Shown: positions 28,101 to 41,800 of the stretch, piece after piece
How positions within the stretch are numbered: the first letter of the stretch is position 1
How the letters are laid out: each line of letters starts with the position of its first letter
Assembly (NCBI GenBank): GCA_024704765.1
Contig: JAKMXF010000303.1
Location: 412,570 to 476,569, forward strand
Reading direction: 5' to 3'
DNA length: 64,000 bases
From: Oopsacas minuta
Taxonomy: Eukaryota > Animalia > Porifera
Notes under the pieces: model-generated
What the model was told of the DNA's origin: nothing
Database searches by the model: none
The model's input: only the letters and a program-made list of their open reading frames with translations
Translations under genes and position numbers: made by a program

Positions 28101-31100
28101 TATGCATTCGTGTGTGTTTAAACCAGGATACTGGATTAACATTTCAAGAGCACATTGGATGACGTCATTAGCTACATAGAGCTGCAGCCAGTACTATAAA
28201 TAAAGGCTACTAACCAGAGACAAACAAAAAAGAATCAGTAAATTTGATAATAATCAATAATGGAATTGCAAGAAAGGACAAAAGTAAATATACGGCTTGG
28301 GAAATTAAATCTAAAGCAGAATCCTGCAAGAATTAGGATTCGCACAAAAAGGAGGTTATTACGAGACGCATACCAATCTCTAAGAGAAGCGCTAGACATT
28401 TCACAAGATGCACACCATCTATCCAACACAGAAATACTCTATCTAGCTATGGACAGGATAAAACTACTCAATCTCTGTTTACAGATTTCATATCAGAACA
28501 GCAATCACATGCTAGAGAACTTCGGTTCAGGCTGAGGGGGGAGGAGGAAATCAATCCAACACTCAAGTGCATAGTGGATAGAGCAGAGCAGAAGTGGTCA
28601 GTTGAATAGCAGATTGTGTTTAAGAGATTCTATCAATGCTCATGCTTCCTACTATCATTGTTTTACCATTATATGTATATTAAATAATTTAATATTACAA
28701 ACATGAACATCCGAAATAGTAGCAAATATTTAGACAGAGAGATAGAATTATATTTTAAGGAAAAAGTATATTCAGTAGACCTTCGCTCGCAAATCCGAAT
28801 AGGGCATACAGCTGATACAATTTGGAAAAGGTCAAATGTTCAAGAAGACGTAATTGCATCCAATTTTTACTGCCGATTAATATAATGCTATATTTGACAA
28901 GATTACAGCATTTTCATCGTATACGTATAAAACATGCGGAAATATGACTCACAGATCCTGTAAATATAATAAATTCTATTCAATACACCAAACGATATTG
29001 TATTTAATTTGTACCGGGTTGTTCGGATATCAGCGAGGGTCTAAAAAAACGGATTCTGCTAATATAATTAATATAAATTTATGAATAATTTGGGAGTTTA
29101 AATGTATAGTAAATTTATATAATCATCAAATTGTCAACCAGCTGGTCAGTTGCTAGATACCTATTATATAGTTACAATTTAGTAAATAAGTCAGAGATTC
29201 TCTTCTCAAAATATCAATAATGTGTCAAAGGGAAGGTGAATAAAGTACTCCCAAATGCGACCAATGTAGCTGCACACATGATAGGATATCTGGCCTAATA
29301 GTTTAGAACGAATATGTACACACCTAAAATAATTACATATAAGCACACCATATATAGATTATGATCGCATTAAAAGAGATTATTTCACTAATTGGGAACT
29401 GTTTCTTTTGTGTCCGGCTATTAATACGTATGTCAATGTCAGTACTCAGTATCTCTCACAGGATTAGTAAATACACCTAGAATAATCTTCATGGAAAGCT
29501 CAGGAGTTTAACACGTTTGAATAGTTTAAAATGGTAAGCGCATATTAAGACGTTACACGAGTTACGAAGAACACTGCATATTCGGAATAAAGGACAAAAT
29601 GAATGAAACATTTGTGATTACTTCCCATATTATTAGGTAATAAGTGGAGGGAATCTAACCAATACCCATGAACCAGATGCTGTACAGGTTCTTTACCTAC
29701 TGATAGGACCTAGCAAGTGAAGCGTTCGCATACCACCCTCTACTCTTGTAGCGTTAAGTAAAGTTTGAACGGCACTGAAGTAGGAATCTTAACTAATTTG
29801 ATAAAATTTACCCCCTACTAGAATATCGCTTCAAAATACATCATCCAAAAACAAGGAATAACAGAAAGCTCCCGGAAAAAGCCCAAGAATTATAGACACT
29901 AATCCGTAGGTAGAATGTCACTCTCTATTATAATAGTGTAAAAATCCACAAATACAACACGCAACGCCATGCTATTAACTAATTCGATAGAATTCCTTCG
30001 CCCATCACAATATCGCGTTAAAATATTGAGTCAATTCCTTCTTAGGTTTTGGGTTAAATTTCGAAATTATATTAAATACCTTTGATTATAAAGAGCCAGG
30101 AATCCAATCTTGAGGTCATTTGTTATGATCTTGTAAATGCATTTCTATTTGCCATGTTTTTGTTGGATATTCATCAAATGATCCAGTTGTTATAATGGCT
30201 GCTAGAATGCGAGAAAGCCATTTCTTGCATTCTAACAGCGATTGTTTGTCAATGCGATGCTAATTAGTTAACAATATAATTTTTTCCTTGTATGAGTAGT
30301 TAGACATACGGTAACATATATTTTATTGAATCATGCTTATCCTAACGCTTGTTGAGGTGGTACACATTGGAAACATTGTGTGAAGATATGATTTATGGTT
30401 TAAACTTTAAAGTAAATTTATTGTATGTAAGATTCAATCATAGGCTCCTAGGATCCATATGCAACCAAGATTAACAAAACTGGAAGAAACCTAGTTAAAG
30501 TGTCCAGCAGATTGTCAAGATTAAGGATTATGTAAACACAATTAGTAAAGAGATTCTCAGAATAATGTATCACAGACACAGAATGTAGTTATTCAAGATT
30601 GAAATGCTTTTAGATTCATCAATTATTGTGTAATCTAAGCCTTCCTAAAGTACCTCTAACAATTGCTAATAGCTTTAGCAGATAATGGATTAGTTAGCTG
30701 CTTAATTGTTATAATTATATTTATCATATAAGTTTATGAAAACATATCTATGGATGTGTGAGATGACAATAATACCTAATTAAACAATAGGTAATTTTAA
30801 TTATAAATTATAATATATTAGCGCTAAAACTTATCCATCTGGTTGCAATCTTCTGGAATATTCCTTTAGAAACCCCCAGCAGGAAAAATACGCACCTATT
30901 GGTAGATTATTCTAATGCTCTAATAAAAATATTAAAAATAGGGTAATAAATTGAGTTTGTAAAGCATCGCGTACAGTTAGAAGTAGGGCAGATGCCTCCC
31001 AGAAATTTCATTTAGTACGCTCAGTCATCCCTTAAATTCTTCTGTACAGGAAAATAATTACTCTGGATGATAATATTAGAAACTCAAATTCAAAATGACG

Positions 31101-34100
31101 TATTTCAACCTAGAGAAAATAAGTATTTACAAATATATCTTCATATTCACAAATTTCGTAAATAAATTCTAATCTCTGGAGTCTATATCAAAAATATAAT
31201 ATTAAATATATTAAGAAGCTTGACGTCAATAATTAGCCGTTGAACGTACAGTAGAGTACACCCTCGATTATCCGAATAACAGGAAGTATATGTAGTTTAT
31301 GAAAATAGTCCAAATTTCATTTGAGATCAGAGCTTCAAACTACTTTAGTACTTTTGGTTTTCGAACGATGTGGCGATGTTAGGCTCATATTGGTATACAT
31401 ATGCAGTAAATATTCAAAATTAAACAAATCCCATTTTTCGTATATCCCCAAGCAGTGAATTTCATACATAGAAATACACAAATAAGTTATTCTAATAATT
31501 TCACTTATCCAAACACCATACATGAAATTCAAAGAGGAAAGTGTTCGGATAATCGAGGGAAAATTGTACTAATAATAACTACAGGGTGGACCAAAAAACA
31601 GAACCCTAACGTTTAGATTCGAATGTGGATAATATTTAGAAGAGATAAACAAAAACTTTATAGAGCTTAAATAGTATACAAGACGAATACAAGCCATTAT
31701 TATCCTATATGTTGAAAGTCTACGAGGATTAGAGCTGATGTTCGAGATGACCACTATAATGATTTTTCCATTAAAAATATTTTTTAGTGCAGAATTTTAG
31801 GAAGAATAGTATATTCTTCAGGATTAAGAATAGTATATTCTTCAGGATTAAGAATAGTATATTCTTCAGGATTAAGAATAGTATATTCTTCAGGATTAAG
31901 AATAGTATATTCTTCAGGATTATTGCTCCCTAAATGACTTGTACGGTCTTCAGACTTACTATTTGGATTTTTAACAGTCCTCTCAGTATGAAATTCTGAA
32001 TTGACTTTGTTTCCCAAGTATCGCTTGGGAAACAAAGTCAATAAATCACCCAAATTTCAATCTAAATGGCTTCTTTTAATAATAAAAAACAACCAACAAT
32101 ACAGCGTCACATGTTCTAGAGATAAATATCACATTAAATAACATTAAATTTCTCTGATAAAATTAAAACATTAATAAGAACTCATAATAGTCAGATAATT
32201 GATAATAGGGTAAGTTCAAGGTGTAAGACAGATGGAACAACGAGCTACGTTTTCTAGTTTGAGAGTGCCAAGAGTGTCAGTATGTCAAAAAGCTTTTCAG
32301 AAGATATGATGTCAACTATACTTTATCAATAGCAGTATCTAGTATAACCTCTATACTTTGTAGGAAAGAAGTCATATTCAATGCAAAAATTTAGTCGATA
32401 AGATTGAGAAATTGAGAGTAAATTTTAAACAAATTAATAAAAAATAGTTTGAGGAAGATTACATAAATTTTCGTAAAACTAGTATGATTTAATTATGATA
32501 TGATCAACACTGATAAATGAGGATAGCAAAATGTTGGTGACAATAGATAGAGTATTCCAAAACAGTAGAGGTTACGTTTACCAACTATTCAAACACTAAA
32601 ATTCTAGATCACTGGAATCCTGTGCGTGTTGCAGACCATACGAATGATATGTGTTGCTGTTAGAAATAGTATTTGTAAAGGATTGGATCTATTCAGAAAT
32701 TAGTAAAGAGATCCTATACATATATATTCTCGGAAAAGGACTAATGAAGAAATGATGGGACCAAATTTGGGAGAGAAATCTCTATCCAGATGTCTGTGTT
32801 TTGCTTCTAAGAATTAGAACACATTTAATGATGGTGTATCCTGCTGACCTTAACAATACAAAGAAGTCAAATCAAGCTAGTTAACTCCAATCATACACTA
32901 CGTATATTGATGAATCAAGCCAAATAGTGTATTTCTGAAACGAAATTCTATAGTCGTGGCTAAAGTTAATTCGATTAAGAATGGATTAGTTACTAGTACG
33001 AATTATATTTCTTTATGAACAACATGAGTTATCAGATAATGTAAGTACTCCGACGAACAGGCTAGATTGTACAAATAAAGATAAGCAGTACCAGTTTATA
33101 TATTAATTAAACACAATTCCACCGTATGCATCATGCTGTACCTGCAAGGAAATTAATCAAATAATTATTGTATCAAATAACTCACTGATAGCTAGGAAAT
33201 CAGACTGGCTTGCAGCTGAAATAGCTTGTGTAGAGATAGTGAGAGTAGATTCGTGGGAAAATATACCGACTGAGCTTCCATTTGAGTCCAATCCGCGTGT
33301 GAACTCACAGAAAAACGACCCCACACTCTCCGATACACTGTTTTGCAGGCAGGACAGGTATACAGGAATATCATTCAATGTAATAGTAAGGTTAGCAATT
33401 GTATTAGTAGATGATAGCCTAGCACCTCCATCCACAGACACTAGTTCTATCTAATGGGAACATACAAATGATTAAAATTAATGAATAGTCATTAGTTATC
33501 TTCAGGTTAGCAAGATTATTAGGCCTTTTAAAATTGCATAGTGAATATTATCCTGATGTCCATGTTCCTATTTATTAAATTAAAACTAGAGGATGAAAAT
33601 AAAAATTTCTATGTAATTAATTCGCTTTAATTACATACAAATAAATAAAGCAGAGATAGATTAGAGATATATTTTGTGAATTTGTGATACACGTATGTTA
33701 ATGTAAGATGTTTGATATAAGTGAAGAAGGTATTCTTCTAATTCTGAACTTTACTTAATAAAATAAACTAAAATGCGACACAACTATTTCCTAAAATTAA
33801 AAGGTGAATGAAAAACAAGTAGTATATTTTAGATGGCCAAGACCACCAACTAGAAGAAAGTTTTGTAGTTTTTTCAAGAAATTATATCCTAGTCAAATTA
33901 CAGAGTAATTCACATCTGCATTTCAATTTGTATGTCGTATCACATAAATTTCGAAGTGCTAATTAGTAGGAATACACTACAAATGTTCTAATTAATCCTA
34001 CGCATAACTCCATATTACAACAAGCTGTTAGTTACATCTGTGTATTAGTGTGTAAATGGTAATAATAGTATTCTCAGAATATGGGACGGGATATAAAACT

Positions 34101-35773
34101 AGAAATATGAATAAAACCACAGTTTAGACTGAAGGCAAAAGTATAATGTACGTATACAATATCGTAATATATAGTAAAGTATAGCTATAATAAATCCCTT
34201 ACGTACACAATAATCCAGCAAAATTTATCTTTTATCGTGCCATAAAGAATCAAGTAATAAATTACCCAACTATGTAGTATGTAAGTAATGATAAAATGGT
34301 CTAACCTGAAAAACTTCATCTTGCTCTAGAACTTCGTCCTGAACAATTGGTAGCTCTAGAGATACAGAATCGACTTGATCAAGAAAGGTAATTACACCTT
34401 CTGCCTGAGTAAAGTCTTCGCTAATATCTCCAATAAATCTCCACCCAACGTTAACCACTCCAAATGTTCCAACCCTCCTAATAGTTAGGGTGGGGTTCGT
34501 ATCAGTACCATATGAAGGCTCAGGACTGAACACATCGAGGGAACTTTGATCGAAACTAACTACGCCATAGGGCTCATCACTGAGGAGAATAGTAATATTC
34601 CGTGTGCGCTGTGAACCGAAGCTACTTCCCTGTGAAGATCTACAGATCAATAGTATAACATGCTTAATCAAGTCTAAATAGTTAATTAAACAGAATTCAC
34701 TAAAATTAATAAATTTAAAAAGTGTTTGCAATTTACTGCTGCAGTTACCTATGAAAACTTACAGAATTTTAGTGTGCTTCCTATAGTAAAATATGTCATG
34801 TAACCATATTACACTTTATACTATAGGAATGCACAATATACTAAATTCGTTTACTATTAAATTGTCTGTATGCTTGTCGTTAAGTCGATCTAGCAGGCTA
34901 GCCAAAGAAAATAGAATCTATACAAAATGTTTGGCTTATAGCTACAACTTGGATACGATACGATCGTGTTTAAAATACTTCGGATTTTGTCCTACAGTTC
35001 GAATGACATATGGCATCCTATGTGTAGGTTCCTATCGATGTGCTGAGGAAATCAGAAACAGAGACCTATGGAATATTCATGACATTTGGAAACAACGTGT
35101 TGCAGGCTTCCTCCTCAAAAATCTCATAAAATGTACTATTAATCGCAATATATTATTCAATTGATAAATTATTAGAATATCAATTCATTGTGAAAATACT
35201 ATTTGAAGTGTAAATAAATAACTTGTGGGAAATCTTCATTATTAGGAATTAAATTAAATGTTTGGTGTTTACTTCAAGGTTGTAATATTTTGATAATTTG
35301 GGTACTAAGGATTTCAAAGCTTCCCCCCCAAATTTAACATCCTAGATAGAACCCTGTGTTGGTATGGTACAAGTACTTCTACAACAAAATCTAGTGCATT
35401 TCACAAGCTAAATATGGTCAGGCTAGAGCATTATCACATCATATTGATGAACGACTGGTTATACACAGCCACCTGGGGCTTAATATGAAATGATGGCAAT
35501 AAAGCATGAAATTCAGGTGATTTATACGTATACTACACTTGTGCAATAATTTCCTGAAAACAGCATAATACAAACTGTATAATGATAAACTATAATATTA
35601 TGTATTGCGCGGACGCTTCACGACAGATTAAATTAACTTGCTGTCAACCTATTGTTACAAATGTAACCAATACCTGCAAAAATATGAAATGTAAGTACGT
35701 ATATGCTACAAGTGTGTCACCTGCAATCTCCATGATTACTAATTTTCAAAATAAATGCAATCAATGTATCTTA

Positions 35774-35834
<61 letters not shown>

Positions 35835-38800
35835 TAACAATCCAAATGTAAAATTAGTTTATAAAAAACTGAAAATACGTAGAGAGAATAATCTATTAAT
35901 AAATAAGTAAAATAATCATTATAATATAATTATTGTATAGAAGCTTTAATAAGAAAGCTAGTGGGTTGTAAAGGACCCAGAGTAGATTTGTTAAAACTAA
36001 ATATCTGAATTCCTCTGTTGTGAGTGGAGCAGAGGACATCACTATGTCCGGGCATTCTGTGAATACTATAAATAGGACCAGAGTAGTACTTTTTCTCAAA
36101 TAACAACACCCCCTTCTCCACATCCCAGAAATACAGACTCCCACCGTTAGAAGCAGTTATTAGACAATTGAGCTCGTTACAGAGATGACAAGTATTCAAG
36201 TTGTCAGAGAGATGAGGATATTCACGCAGAACAGCACCCGTATACCTGTCCCAGCGAGTAGCAGTAGCCGAATTCTCCACGGGACCTCGACTGGAAGTGT
36301 AGAAACTGCGTCCATCCTGAGAAACATCACAAGCAGTGAGAAGACATTGAGGATGCAGGAGATTCTGCACAACATCCATGGTCCTGGTATCCCATACTCG
36401 CAAATGCTTATCTTCACTAGATTGTAAGACACACCTCTCACCAGGTATCCACTTAACGCATGTTACCAGATTCCGAGGAATAGAGCATCTGTTTAGACAT
36501 GAACCAGTGTTCAAATCCCAGAGACATACTGTGTTATCACGTGAACCAGAAAACAACTGGCTTTGATCGATCGCAAGAGCAGTGACTGTCAATTCGTGAC
36601 CATGAAGATTGTTGATCGGATAGCTACGATGCTTTGTCTTATCCTCAGCAATTTTAGAAACATCCCAGAGGCAGATGTATTCATCTCTTGATCCGCTAGC
36701 TACCAAACTGAGAGAAGAATCGAATGCAAGGGATGTTATGTCATTGGTGTGTCCATTTAATCTGCAAACATTAGGAGGATTTTGTGAATAGTAAAATAGA
36801 TTCCCATCCGTACCCCCTAAGACTAGACTGTCCGAATTCTGCACGAATATGGATGAAAAGTAAGGCCCCGAATAGTCTAGCATAGACACAGACTTAGGTT
36901 TCGGAGTAGGGTCTAACTCTACAGGTGAGGAAGTAGTTTCTTTGTCAGGATTGAGGAAAGGATCGTCTTGATTAGATGGAAATTTAGAGGATGCATTCTG
37001 ACCCATTCTTAGGGTGGATGTTTAAAATCTGAATCGTGTACAATTCACAATTATTTTATGGTTGGTTGATTAAAATGTATTTGATGACAAATGCGAATTT
37101 CTCATGTGAATTAGCTAAGTCTCAAAACACATACCATAACTGTGGGTTGAAGGTAGAATGATTAAATACAAATGAGTTATGCGACTGGTAAGTTTGCATT
37201 GTTAAATAATAAGAGAGAATAATAGAAAAATTGGTATTTCAATACTAATAAACTTGAGATAATTTCAATTATTCCAAGACAAATCACAAATTACAGTATA
37301 ATGCCGGTAGAATCTTTAGAAATGGTCTAAAGTTTCAAAGAGACCTAATTGTATCCAATCTTATTGCGGATTAATGTACGTACTATACAAGTTTGATATT
37401 CTACAGCTGATTTCTGATAATAATTAATTTGAAGGATAATCATGTATTAGCTATTTCTGGTATAACATTGATATGGGTTTTGAATCATTAGATTATATAT
37501 CTATGGTTTGAGCTGGGATTCTAGAAACCGTGATTCAGATATTCCGAATAAGAAAGCCTTATTCTTGATCTCTTGACATCTAAACACATATGAGTTGTTA
37601 TGCTCGTTAACCTGAATCACACTTATCAACTTCTTATACTATACTATATTCCCTAGGAGCTAGGAGGATATACCAAATCGCAGGATATCCAGGATTACAG
37701 GGGGTTTTCAAGTATGCTGAATTAGATCGAAATATGAATTCAAAATAAATAATACTCTATGAATTATCAAAACCAGAATCAGTAGAAGAAATGAATACAT
37801 TTCTTTTATTGATTACACACAATAAATATTAACATTATGTAATTCTCGCAAAATAATTAAACTCTTTAATTATTACTTGAGTATGTAATACGTATGTATC
37901 TCAATTATATTCGTATTTTTTTATCATGGATAGTTGACGTTCCCTACGCCTATATCTCGAGAATTCGAAATAGCGGATGCAACTAACTACAGTCAACTTT
38001 TCTATAACGGCTACCGAAGGGACTGGCCAAAAGTGCCCTTTATATACAGGTGACGGTTGTAGAGAGGTTGACCGTTATACACTAGTTTGGTAGTAACTGT
38101 ATGTTAATGGTGGTGATATAGAGAAGTTGACCTTTAAGACGAGTAACCGATATTTAAGATAATGTAGTGGAAGTAGTGAATGATGTCCACCCAAGGGACT
38201 TGTCAAAGGTAGACTTTATAGGAGGCGACTACCATATAAAGTGGCCGTTATATAGAGGTAGTGGCTGTTAAAGACAGGTCTACCACCAGTAAGGGACCAA
38301 AAATGGTGGCCGATATGTGCAGGCGACTGTTAAGCAGGCTTGACTTTATTATGCTTAACAAATCTCTTGTATCATGATCCCGGGAATAGCGATGTAATCA
38401 TATTCATACACACTTCTATCTTGAATGAACTACAGGAAGCATTAGTATATGTATGTATTAAGTTGGAAGTACGTATACGCTTTAATTTCTGAAAAAAAGA
38501 CGAGCACGTATTCAAATGATAAAACAGGATTACAATAATTTGCTCTGCCAAATCAAAATTCCAAACTAGAAATAAAAACTACAAACGAATCACAGACCAA
38601 CTTTAGCTACTAAGAAGTAGTCAGGATAAAACGGACAATACTTACACATTTACTTGTGGCTTAACGCATAAACAATGCCTGCAACAACAGATATGTGAGG
38701 CTGCCCGTTAAAATACCAGACGCAGACTAATTACCCCACAGGAGTATCCATACCACTATATATTAACTACTCGATCCTCCGGATGATGTGATACACTGAG

Positions 38801-41800
38801 TCTCTTCACCAACCCAATGAGAAAGATGTCCAGCCGACAGACTGGTAGTGCAGTTCGGGGTTATTCGTTTGTGTCCTCAAAATCGGACTCTAGAATACTT
38901 TTGAATTTAATATAGAAAGGTGTGAAAAATTCACTTAAGAAAATTCATACCCGAGGTGCAAATCTCCGACCCAAAAATGTATATGTATGCCAATTTTCAT
39001 GTTAATGGGACTGCTAGATTTCGCACGGCCGCGCGGATATCAAACATCGTCCTTATCATTAGGGAACCTCCCTATAGGAACTGCACTAAAAGTGTAAACT
39101 AATCAATAAAGTATTCAAGTAATACTTATTGTGGTAAATATTCGAGGCAAGCACTAGTTGAACATAGGAGAACCGCGTTTGAGGTGTCGCTGCACTGTAG
39201 GGTCTAAAATATCGCCATTAAAAACATCTACAGTCGACGATAATGACAATCTTTCCCAAGTTCGAAGCATGTATTCCTGAGGGCGCCAACAACAACTGCC
39301 AAGCTGACTGGACATGGCCACTTCTAATCGAAAGCGACCTAGTAAGCGAAGCGCGGTAGTTATACAGCTGATTAATTCATGATTATTAGTCATTTTCCGA
39401 TGAATTAGTATTAATAGTCTTCGATTAGCGTTAAACTTATTAAGTAGATAAAATAATGAACTTAGAATAGAACTGAAGACAAACAAAGGAAATTTCGGAA
39501 AAACTGTGCAGACTTTTGTAAATAAGAGGAAATAAATATAAACAATATTTAAACATATTTGAAGAATAAGTCAATAGAAACTGAATAAAGTAAGTATCGT
39601 AAATACAACACAGATCAATTATCTGAGAATACACATTTTATCTTGAAAAGTCAACTTTAACACATAACAGATGCTAGGACAAGTTTCTTGGAAAATTCTC
39701 GACTTCTTGTTACTTAAACAGCTGACCTAGATCGATGATTGGCTAAATTATAATCTCAATTAATAATATGGATACATGCTTATGATATGATGTAGCAGTA
39801 GCATTTATGTACTAATATGGTCATGTTATAACTGAGCATATTCACATATGTACTCACTAAAGTCTTAACAATGGAATAGCACGGGATATACAGCCTGGCT
39901 TAATATGGTAGTACTCAGTGTTTAGACTGATGATAAAATCGTAATATGAATTTAGTAAACTAGTATTGGATAATAGAAAATCATAAGAGTAACAATAATT
40001 AAAAGATAACTCTAGAGGTGCTGTGATTAGAGGAGATTAATTCTAATGCCACAACCCCCAATTTACAAGTGGGATCATTCGTAATACAAATCTTGATAAT
40101 CTCTAGCAGAGTTAATTCTAAGGTATAAAAAATAATTATTACTAGGAATTTGAATCTCAAAATATTCAAATGCTAAAAAATGTTAAAATTGGTGTGTACA
40201 CATGAAAAATTAGGTGATTATGTGTACGTGTGGATAGACATCTACATTAATCCAGCAAAGTGTACTTTTGGTTGTATTTTGTCGAGCACTACTCAGTTCA
40301 GTCAACTAATATTAACTCTTGCCATCTACACAAGAAAAATATCGCATTACGCATTACAGACAATTTTACTCTGACAGATAACAAAGTGACTTTATATGGC
40401 GATTAACAAAAAATTCTCTAACATTAAGAATGTAAAAGATTGAATAAATAATTCTTTTAATTTACTTTTATCTCTAAGTGCTATTGCAGATTAGCGGTCT
40501 AATTCTAGGTGTTTGTAAATTTACTTATGTGAAAGTTTGGGTCTTAAAGCTCAGTTGTAAAGATATATGTACAATCAGAAACGATAAAATGAGTAAAAGT
40601 ATTAAATTTACAAATAGTAACTAACTGAAGCACAAAGCTAAATTGCTCATCAATCTCAGGAATAGTATCTTGTACTGCAGCTATAATAACAGTTATTTCT
40701 GTGTTACCATCGTTAAAGAAACCTCCTAGGATAGCTGAAGTGAAGTCTTCAGAGGCTCCCTCTCCTGTTATTGCTATGAGTACAGTGGACGGCGATAGGA
40801 GCTCAGTTGAAGTCCCTGAACGTACCAATGTGATGGCCACCTGAAAAAAGTAATAGTGTTAATCAAAGTAGAGAGATTAGGGAAATATGTACGCATATGA
40901 CATTGGGGCATTTAGTAACATAATTAAGTCGATAATAAATAGTATGGTACATATCTACAACTGTATACATATTTTCAAGAGAGTTACCAACAGGCTTGTA
41001 CTTTAGTTCAAAACTTTCCTGGGCGGAAAAGAGATTACAACTCAAGAGCTATGAACCATCAAAATATTACACAGCTGTATAACAATTATGAATTAATTAT
41101 ATTCAATGAAATCTGTTTAGGTATTGTTGGAAATTTGAGAATCTTTAATTAATAGAAACACACTTCACTTATGGCATGTATCCACTTAAAATACACCCAC
41201 TAATTGATAAACGGTGATTAATTAGCTATTCAATAATCTGTGATCTAATAGCTGTAAATATCTACAGCCCCTTTCTGGTATATTCTAAGCACCTGAACTT
41301 ATTAGCTGTAAACTTCAGAATACCACAGGTGGTAAAGGAGGTATACTAAATATGTACAAAGATGTATACACAAGGAAGTACAAAGCATACTGAATGGAAA
41401 GTTTAACATGGATCACTCCCATTACTTGTCACAGACTTACTAGGGAATAACATAAAATATCTGTTACGCATTTCAATAGCTATCTCTAATGAATTCATTG
41501 TCAATGTATTATGGCAAAGAATCCAGTACTTCATTGGCAGGTGTTGTATGTGGTTATAACTGTGTTTTGTAAAAAAGAATGGGAAATTAGTCTAAACGTT
41601 ATGTAATGCTACCTAGGGTGTGGTGTGTAAAGTTCAAAACGCATGACACAGAGGAGGGGCCAAATATTCGAGAATTTTCCATTATTAATGTTTGAACGAA
41701 TGTAATTGGGCAAGGGTTCAGCATTCGAGATGCAATATTTAGTCAACTTTGATGAAATTTTATTCTTTTACGTGAAAACACGAAAAATACATATATATTT

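Noticed and set aside
30198-30239. 19-bp imperfect hairpin (17/19) as a pre-miRNA
   Set aside because: Too short for a typical precursor; probably a repeat fragment.
31784-32053. ORF with NPEEYTIL x5
   Set aside because: It is an in-frame translation of the 24-bp minisatellite, with no ATG start and no other coding signal.
2272-33454. Plus-strand ORFs 2272-2805, 13848-14291, 15332-15655, 16929-17162, 20496-20753, 22011-22211, 22494-22835, 25939-26127 and 33239-33454
   Set aside because: They are Ser/Thr-rich antisense shadows of ADGRV1 exons. The 25939 shadow marks the real minus-strand exon 26218-25926.
34793-35164. 123-aa plus-strand ORF
   Set aside because: Non-ATG start, no motif, and composition typical of AT-rich non-coding DNA.
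35582-35851. ORF with TDRQ repeats
   Set aside because: It is a translation of the CAGA microsatellite.
39154-39486. 110-aa ORF in a slightly GC-richer patch of ADGRV1 intron 2
   Set aside because: No recognisable motif in the frames examined and no clear splice context.
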